Below, piece by piece: positions 55,601 to 64,000 of a stretch of DNA of 64,000 bases. The translations under genes and the position numbers were made by a program. The stretch is from NCBI RefSeq assembly GCF_009914755.1, contig NC_060929.1; one strand, 5' to 3'. Origin of the DNA: the human T2T-CHM13v2.0 reference genome, Homo sapiens. A model generated the notes under the pieces. That model worked only from the letters and a program-made list of their open reading frames with translations, had not been told where the DNA came from and searched no databases. Every line of letters starts with the position of its first letter. Position 1 is the first letter of the stretch.

Positions 55601-58165
55601 AAAATCCCAAACAGATCAATAATGAATAACAAAATTGAATCTATAATTTTAAAAACCTACCAATCAAATAAAAAGTCCTAGACCAGATGAATTTACAGCT
55701 GAATTCTATCAGACATATAATGAAGAGCTGGTACCAATCATACTGAAACTCTTCCAAAAAATAAGGAGTTACCTCTTTCTAACTCATTCTATTAAACCAG
55801 TTTCATTCTGATACCAAAGTCTTGCAAAAACACAACAAAAAAAGAAAACTACAGGCCAATATCCCTGATGAACATAAAAACAAAAGTCTTCAACAAAATA
55901 CCAGTAAACCAAATCCAGCAGCTCATCAAAAAGTTACTTCACCACAATCAAGTGGGCTTTACTCTTGGGATGGAAGGATAGTTCAACACACGCAAATCAA
56001 TAAATGTGATTCACCACATGAACAGAATTAAAAACAAAACCATAGAATCATCTCAATAGATGCAGAAAAAGCATTCAATATATCCAAAATCCTTTATGAT
56101 AAAAATCCTCAATGAAATAGGCATAAAAGGAACATACCTCAAAATAACAAGAGTCATCTATGATGTCCACTCTCACCATTGCTATTCAATATAGTACTGG
56201 AAGTCCTAGGCAGAGCAATCAGGCAAGAGAAAGAAATAAGCATCCAAACAGAAAAAGAGAAAATCAAATTACTTATCTTCACTTAGGAGATGATTCTATA
56301 ACTAGAAATCTCTAAAGATTTTGCCAAAAGACTTCTCTAACTGATAAATGACTTTAGCAAAGTCTCAGCATACAAAACCAATGTATGAAAATCAGTAACA
56401 TCTCTATAAATCAATAATGCTAAAGCTAAGAGCCAAATCAACAACACAATCCCATTTACAATAGCCACACAAAAAAATACCTAGAAATACACCTACACAA
56501 GAAGGTGAAAGATCTCTACAAGGAGAGCTACAAAACACTGCTGAAAGAAATCACAGATGACACAAACAAATGGAAAAGCATTCCATGCTCATGTGTTGGA
56601 AGAATTGATGTTCATACTGCCCAAAGCAATCTACAGATTCAGCGTTATTCCTATCAAACTAAGGATATCATTTTTCACAGTATTAGAAAAAAACTATTGT
56701 AAAGCTCACATTGAACAACAAAAAAAAGAAGCCCAAATAGCAGAGAAAATCCTAAGGAAAAAAAAAAACTGAAAACATCCCATTACCTGAATTCAAACTA
56801 TGATACAGGGATACAGGAAACAAAACAGCATGGTACTAGTGAAGAAATAGACACGTAGACTAATGGAACAGAAAGGAGAACACAGAAATAGAGCCACAAA
56901 CCTACAACCAATTCATCTTCAACAATTGACAAAAATAAACAATGGGGAAAAGATATCCTATTCAATAAATGGTGCCAGAAAAATTGACTAACCGTATGCA
57001 GAAGAATGAACCTGGACTCCTACCTCTCATTATATACAAAAATTACCTCAAGATGACTTAAACACTTTAATGTAATGCCTCAAACTATAAAATTTCTAGA
57101 AAAAAAATCTAGGAAATACTCTTCTAGACACTGGCCTACGCAAATAATTTATAATGAAGACCTGAAAAGCAAATGCAACAAAATAAAAAATAGACAAATG
57201 GGACTTAAACTAAAGAGTGTCTGCATAGCAAAAGAAACTCTCAACAGAGTAAACAAACAATCTGCAGAATGAGAGAAAATGTTCTCAAACTATGCATCCG
57301 ACAGAAGATTAATATACAGAATCTATAAGGAACTTAAACAAATTATTAAAAAAATCAAACAACCTCATTAAAAAGTGGGCACAGGACTTGAACAGACACT
57401 TCTCAAAAGAAGACATACAAGCAACCAACAAACATGAAAAAATATTTAACCTCACTAACCATCAGAGAAATGCTAATCAATACCACACTGAGATACTATC
57501 TCACAGCAGTCAGAATGGCTATTACTAAAAAGTCAAAAAATAACTGATTTGGGCGGGGTTGCGGAAGAAAGGGGAACACATACAATATTGGTGGAAATGC
57601 AAATTAATTTAGCCCCTATGGAAAGCAGAGAGGAGATTTCTGAAGAACTAAAAATAGAACTACCATTTGATCCAGCAATCCCATTACTACATATATAGTA
57701 ATGTATATATATAACAATTTTATATATATAATGCATATATATATAATATTTATTTTCCTATAAATAGTTGTACCAGAAAGACACATGCTATTCACAACAG
57801 CAAAGACATGGAATCAACCTAGGTGCCCATCAACAGCGGACTGGATTTTTTTTTTTTTTTTGATGGAATCTGTCTCTGTCTCCCAGACTGGAGGAGTGAA
57901 GTGGGGCGATCTTGGCTCACTGCAACCTCCGCCTCCCAGGTTCAAGTGATTCCCCTGCCTCAGCCTCTTGAGCAGCTGGGATTATAGGTGTGTGCTACCA
58001 CAGCCAGCTAATTTTTGTATTTTTAGTAGAGATGGGGTTTTGCCTTGTTGGCCAGGCTGGTCACGAACTCCTAACCTCTGGTAATCTGCCCGCCTTGTGG
58101 ATTTTTTTTTTTTTATGTGATACATATACACCATGAAATACTACACAGCCATAAAAAGGAACAGG
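55600..58165 (+). mobile_element. L1PB-type LINE ORF2 remnant, truncated at both ends
   Basis: ORF2 peptides in the track ([28 protein letters not shown]; [16 protein letters not shown]); frameshifted; stops abruptly after cagccataaaaaggaac. Confidence 0.88.
57846..58097 (-). mobile_element. 5'-truncated AluS-type SINE
   Basis: Poly-T, reverse Alu ending at ...ctgcccgccttg; TSD-like tggattttttt on both sides. Confidence 0.9.
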
Positions 58166-58405
58166 AGTGATGGGCTTCAGAATCCTTGTCTTATTCCATT
58201 TCTCAAGGGGAATGCTTCCAGTTTTAGCCATTCAGTATGCTACAATTGGGTGTGAATCCATCTATTATGGGCTTTTTTTGGTTGGTAACCTGGGGTGACT
58301 AAGACAAGGTCCTCTATATTTTTAATGATGGTTTCATCACTTGAACTGTCTTGCATTGATGGGTATGTTCAAGTAAACTATTATTAGTCTGTTTTTCCTA
58401 TTTCT

Positions 58406-58620
58406 TTTTTTAAATTTGTTTTAAGTTCTGGGGTACATCTGCATGGTGTGCAGATTTGTTACATAGGTAAATGTGTGCCATGGTGGTTTGTTTCACCTGT
58501 CAACCCATCACCTAGGTATTAAGCCCAGCATGCATTAGCTCTTTTCTCTAATGCTCTCCCCAGATCCCCACGCTTCCCCGACAGGCCCCAGTGTGTGTTT
58601 TTCCACTTCCTGTGTCCATG
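58406..58620 (-). mobile_element. Short L1PA8-like 3' UTR insertion
   Basis: ttttaagttctggggtacat...tgttacataggtaaatgtgtgccatggtggttt...cctaggtattaagcccagcatgcattagct; 16-bp TSD tgtttttcctatttct (58390-58405, 58619-58634). Confidence 0.9.
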
Positions 58621-59369
58621 TTTTTCCTATTTCTATTGGCAATACCTGTGGTTTCTTCTCCCTGAAACTTGCAGCTGTAGTATTTTGGTACATAGATACT
58701 AATAATCGTTAGATGTTATTTGTGGACTGTGGTTTTCATTTCTATAAAATATTCTTTTCTGCTTGATTTTATTTTTGGCCTGATGTTTTTCTTGTTTGAT
58801 AGCAAGACAATGACACTTGATTTCTTTGCATATGAATTTCTCTAGTATATCTTTGCTGTCTTTTTACTTATACGTCTTGAGATTCCCTTTGTTAAAGTTA
58901 TGCATCTTATACCCAACATCAAATTGTATTTTGCTTTGTTAGTAAATTTGAAAATATTTTTATTCAGATAAGGGACTCCATTAAGTGCATTGGCATGACA
59001 TAACGTCTGTTCTTGTTTCTGACTTTTTTTTTTATGATTTACTTAAAGTCTTTTACTGAGGTCTATTTTCCTTTTGAAAAAACAATTTTAATAGGATAAT
59101 TTGAATTTTTATTGTCTTCATTCCTTTGGTTTCTCTTTAATTTTAATACTTTCTATAGTTTTCTACTACAAGTCATAATGAATTAATAACTACTTCTTTC
59201 GTCTCCTGGCTAAAAGTGGGATAACTTGAGCATTAAAAAGAATGAGGGTGGAAATTCTTTTTTGTAACTATATAACAGTTATCGTGTCAGCAGGCCCCAT
59301 GCTATGGAAAAATATACAAGACTTAAAAGTTAGTTTATGCAATAGAAAATAGTGAAAAAAGAAAAAAGA

Positions 59370-61055
59370 TGGAGTTACCTAAAAATTAAAAGATAATTAG
59401 GAGACATAACCATTTAAAGTGCATTGGCCTTATTTGGATCCCAATTCAAACAAAATGTAAACATGCATACCTACATTTATAAGAGAATTAGTGAAATAGA
59501 AAACTGACTTTATCTGATGATTTTGAAAAATTATTTTTAACTTTGATTAGTTGCCATAATGGTAGTGTAGACGTGATTTTATTTTTAAATGGGTGTCTTT
59601 TTTATAAGCTATACATACAAATACTACAGAAAGATATAAAACATGAATTTGCTTGTAAATCATGTGGTTTGGGGGATGTAGAATGTGGACCTATAGGAAA
59701 AATATAATTGCTATAAATTATAAATTGCTTAAGCTGGGAGATAAACACATGGATTTATGATTTATTATTCTCTCAATAATTATATACATTTGCAGTTTTC
59801 AAAAAAGAAAAAAGAATAATTACTGCAATTCAGTAGAAGGCATTAGTTATGCTTTAAAAGCTACAAATTCATAAGACATATCTCCTACTCACCAAAATAA
59901 GGAGATACAGGAACAAAATATATGTCACTGAGAACCACAGAAGATTGCTAGGATTTCAACCATTCGGTATAACACTGGTAATTAAAGGGAAATAAATAAG
60001 TATTTATCATGCTTTTGCCTTTGACCTTGACCCCCAGGGGATTAAATAGCCGAAGTGAATGAGGGACATTTCTTTTTATAAAGAATTCCAGTCTCAAACT
60101 TCTGGGTTCTAGCAATCCTCCTGCCTTGGCCTCTCAAAGTGCTGGGATTACAGGCATGAGCCATGGTGCCTGGCTAATAAAAAAAAAAGGAAGAAAGAAA
60201 AGAAAAGAAATGAAAATCCAGGTAATAAATGCAAAAGCAATGATAGAATTAGAAAAAATACATCGCTTTACAATCCATGATAACATAGATGATTCAAGTA
60301 AATGGTCATCAAATAATGGTGAGCCATTAAGTGAAAGATTAATAAGGCACTTTATAATGAAAGAATCAGGTTGTCTCCATCCATAATTATTGATCAATCT
60401 TAGTACCACTAAAAGTGAGACATGTATCTTGTCATATGATGCAATAGAAAAGATATGATACCACAATGAATTTTGAAAAATTCAAATTCTGCATTTCATT
60501 GTACAGAAAATACAGTTATAATAAATAAGTTCAAGTATACAATAAGGACACAATCTGAAAAATCCAGAATGTGGAGTAGCACTTCATATTTGAATGCTTC
60601 AACACATCAGTAGCATCAAAAGTAGAAGAGGAAGAATTGTTCTATCTTAAAAGAAACTTACGAGTCCTAACCACTCAATACAGTTTAGTGAGCCCTGCTT
60701 AAATGCTAATTTGAACAGACTGAATATAAAAAGACATTTTTTAGACAATTAAGGATATTTGAGTTTAGATTTGGTATTAGATGGCATTAACAAATTTATG
60801 TTGATTTTGTTTTGTGTGATAAGGCATTAAGATTGTATAAGAAAATGTCATTTTTGAGATGCACATTAAAATACCTTGAAGTTAAATGATGCTACACCTG
60901 AAATTTGCTATAAAATATTCCAGAAAAAAACCTCAGAGAATTAGTCGAGATAATAAAGCAAAAATATTGATGGCTATTGAAGTTGGGTAATTAGGAGATG
61001 GGGGTGATATTTATGTTCTATTTGGGATATATTTAGAAACTTCTAAAATAAACAT
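59370..61055 (+). mobile_element. Old L1ME/MC 3'-end fragments
   Basis: ccttatttggatcccaattcaaac; aaaagacattttttagacaatt; gatgcacattaaaata; tgatggctattgaagttgggt. Confidence 0.65.
60091..60174 (-). mobile_element. Alu 5'-end fragment (~84 bp)
   Basis: gtctcaaacttctgggttctagcaatcctcctgccttggcctctcaaagtgctgggattacaggcatgagccatggtgcctggc. Confidence 0.88.
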
Positions 61056-62049
61056 GTGTTAAATGGTCAAAGTTAAAAAATATAAGATTTACAAACAAAT
61101 CATGATGGCTGAGACAGATGTTAAATCAGCCTTTAACACTTTGCTAATGAAGCCATTAATCCTTATGTCCAACCCTTGAAACATATATACACATACACAC
61201 ATTTGCAAATCCAGAGTTATATGTTCCTTTTTGGAGATTTTGCCTTATAATTTTATCAATTCACAGAAGTTGAGGAGGAGACTAAATCACAACTGCCTTT
61301 GACAATCAGTTTGAAGTCTGACATTTGGTGATAAAGAATAGGCAAAAAGTCAGAACATATATGCCCTCAAAGACTTTCATGTTTTCCAAAACAAACCTGA
61401 ATCATGCAAGCAAAATGCAAAAGGAACTGTTCAATGACCTAAAATATACAAGAGAAAGGCAACACATGCATGTATATACAGAATATGTAAAACCTATGCA
61501 ATGCCTTTGCAAGACAAACACTACTTTTCATTGAAGTCATGAGAAATCTGAGTAATCACTTGAGAAGATCTTTTTATTTCTTCTTATTTTTTTGAGTAGT
61601 CAAAGGTTTTATTTTTCTATGATCCAAACCGAATCTTATGAGACAAAGAATAAGAAATCATGAGTTTGATAGGCCTTTTTGCCTCTTATTTGCTGGGTGA
61701 GCCTTGCATGCTAAATCCGTACGATGAGTATAATGACAATTGCTTCATTCATTTGTGAGGATTAAATAATAAGTACAGAATAAATTAAGTGCAGTACCTG
61801 ACACATTGGAAGTCTTCACTGACAGGGAGTGCTTAAACAGGGATATCTGTTTATGATGTCTGTAGCAGACATCTCTTTTGATTTTGCTTGCCTGGAATGA
61901 ATTTTTCCTTCCTCAGGCTGCGACATTTTTATTTTCCTTTGGAAACATTTCTTCTGTACTTCTCATCCTTGGTCACTATTCTCTCATTCCAGGTATAGGC
62001 ATTAGTTCCAGGTATGACCAAACACATCCTTCCTGTACATTGGCTATAG

Positions 62050-62251
62050 CAAGTTTTCCCAACTTCGGCACTATTGAATTTGGAGCTGAGTAATTCTTTG
62101 TTGTGAGGGGCTAACCTGTGCACTGTAGAATGTTGAGCAGAAACCCTATCCTCTAACCTACTAGATATTGGTAACACACCCAAGTTGTGAAAACCAAAAC
62201 TGTCTCCAGGCATTGCCACATGTGTGAAATTGCTCCCAGTTGAGATCCCTG
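62050..62251 (-). mobile_element. MER20 hAT-Charlie element nested in an MLT1-like LTR (~61860-62550)
   Basis: cccaacttcggcactattga...taattctttgttgtgagggg...cctgtgcactgtagaatgtt...cccaagttgtgaaaaccaaaactgtctccaggcattgcca. Confidence 0.85.
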
Positions 62252-62887
62252 GACAACAGTGCTTGACTCTGGGATGCAGGATGTAACTCAAGTCCATCCA
62301 ACTAGAGTCAATCATTACAATTACTGTATAGGAGATGCACTGTTTCTGCTGGGTTTGCTCAGCCAAGGGATCATAACATTGGAACTACAATGGATTTCTT
62401 TTCACTATGTGGCAAGGCCTTTCCTAAAACTAAAAGAGTATAGTCCAGAGATGGAGAAAGAGGAAAAAAACGTAGTTTTGGTGACCTTGTTTAAAAGCTT
62501 GTGCGTAGCCATTTCTGAAACAAGATATTCCTGGACTGTTTTTTAATAACAAGAAATAACACATCCCATTTAATTCCTAAGTCAGTAGGAATTGCAGCTG
62601 CAGGTCTGGAGTGGGATCTCAGATTCAGTATTCTGTGAGGCAACCTAAGATTATCAGTTTTTAACATTTTCATGACAGGGAACCTTATTAAAATATGAAA
62701 AAATGTTGAAGTCTTTCTCTTACAACATGTAGATAAAACATAATTTTATATCAATTTCAGGAGACTCAGGGACAGCTCCCCAAAGCCCTAAATATAGTGA
62801 ATTTCAGGTGTGAGTTTGAGAGTTACAAGTTCTGAAACCTGTTCTGATGCCAGGACATAGCCTAATAGATTCAGACACATTGAATTA

Positions 62888-62968
62888 TTCAGTTGGTGCA
62901 AAAGTAATTGCAGTTTTTGATGGTTACTTTTAATGGCAAAAACCACAATAACTTTTGCACGAACCTAG
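62888..62968. mobile_element. MADE1 MITE (Hsmar1 derivative; source family of miR-548 hairpins)
   Basis: 81-bp quasi-palindrome ttcagttggtgcaaaagtaattgcagtttttg...caaaaaccacaataacttttgcacgaacctag with TA on both sides. Confidence 0.94.
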
Positions 62969-63849
62969 TATGTTTCTATTATCATTTTTCTTTCTTAAAG
63001 ACACAGACTGAGAGTACAAAGACATGTTTCATTGTCCCTAGAGCCTCCATTCTCAGTGTCAAAGCCAGAAGATGATCAGGATGAAAAAGACACTATTCAT
63101 TTCCCTTGTATTAAGAAAAAGAGAGAGATAGCCTTATGCCTCACAATGGTAATTACTGCCTGCCACACTAAAAAAGCTTTAACAATCAGTAGGAACTTCA
63201 TTGAGCCTTCTCTGGGCTGCTGGCAGTAAGACTGTACCACATGACCCCGTGCAGCTGGGAACAGCACAGGAGAGTAAATACAGCTGCCTGTGAGTCGTCC
63301 TATTTCAACTCACCTTGAGCAATGACGAAGCTGGGAGATATTTTTTTCTTTCACCTAAGAATTGGAGCATCAAATAGGAGGCCTTCTCAGCTCTCCACTT
63401 TGGGAAGAGCCTGGGGATTTACCAAGCAGCTTGAAGTAACCTTCTGCTTTACCTTTGAAACAGGTCTTTTCCCCCGTGGCCTGCTAGCTCCAGCAGAAAC
63501 TCCTACCCTTTGGTTTTTATGAGGGGGGAAAAGAAAAAGGTGTCAGTAGTTTCAGGCACAAATCTTATGGTGGACGTTTCAGGCACAGGTCCGAAGGCTG
63601 GGCTTCTGAATTCCTTACTGGCACTACACACATTTCTGCTACGTAGCTCATGTGACTTCTTTGTGATGTAAGGTTCAAACGGATAGCCTTGTTTAATCTC
63701 TACCTTACTTGTAATAGCCTCCATTATTTCTACATCTCAGTTTTTCCATCTTTACAAGGGGAAGTGATTTCATTAGAAAACCTATGTCCTTAATATCACA
63801 GTGATCAGGGCAGAGTGGGGACTTGGTCATTGAGTTCTAACTCTGTGTA

Positions 63850-64000
63850 AGTAACTCCGTAAGTGTTCCTTATGCATTATCTCATTTAGCCTCTACCACA
63901 ACCCTTTGGTAGGTAATGCTGTTATCCCATTTGAGAGGAAAGTGAAGCACAGTGATGGTAGATGATCTGCTTGCAGCTACGTAACTATATGATGGGAAGC
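63850..64000 (-). mobile_element. MIR SINE
   Basis: atgcattatctcatttagcctctaccacaaccctttggtaggt...tatcccatttgagaggaaagtgaagcacag. Confidence 0.75.

Noticed and set aside
61929-62366. 145-aa minus-strand ORF
   Set aside because: Spans MER20 and MLT1 remnants, so it is an accidental open frame.
63503-63724. 73-aa ATG-initiated minus-strand ORF with a repeated VPET motif
   Set aside because: The motif comes from a 12-bp repeat (gtttcaggcaca); no family similarity, poly(A)/TSD or exon context.

Overview
AT-rich, CpG-depleted human genomic DNA (intergenic or deep intronic). A near-consensus AluYa5 at 48944-49255 points to Homo sapiens. I find no credible protein-coding exon, rRNA/tRNA gene or CpG island. 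The recognisable ORF-track entries are decayed L1 ORF2, Alu or Hsmar1 frames, and the rest look like chance ORFs. Most of the window is a nested fossil record of L1 (L1ME/MC/MB/MA/PB/PA), Alu, MIR, L2, LTR (MST, MER54, LTR33-like, MLT) and DNA transposons (full-length dead Hsmar1, MADE1, MER58, MER20, MER5). Structures not explained by repeat annotation: (1) a ~620-bp poly(A)-tailed, TSD-flanked retrocopy of an unidentified transcript 3' end (22025-22650, -); (2) a 90-nt near-perfect hairpin in apparently unique DNA carrying the miR-302 5' decamer (25427-25516); (3) a ~940-bp AT-rich fold-back palindrome built from old L1 (47673-48615); (4) a ~250-bp inverted templated insertion (41192-41443, copied from 41875-42125); (5) a 188-bp direct copy dropped into a (TA)n tract (3163-3350, copied from 3807-3994). 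Together these suggest recurrent local template switching next to non-B-DNA tracts. Subfamily names are from memory of consensus sequences; boundaries without a TSD are approximate; identities are hand counts. I see no support for a new gene system.
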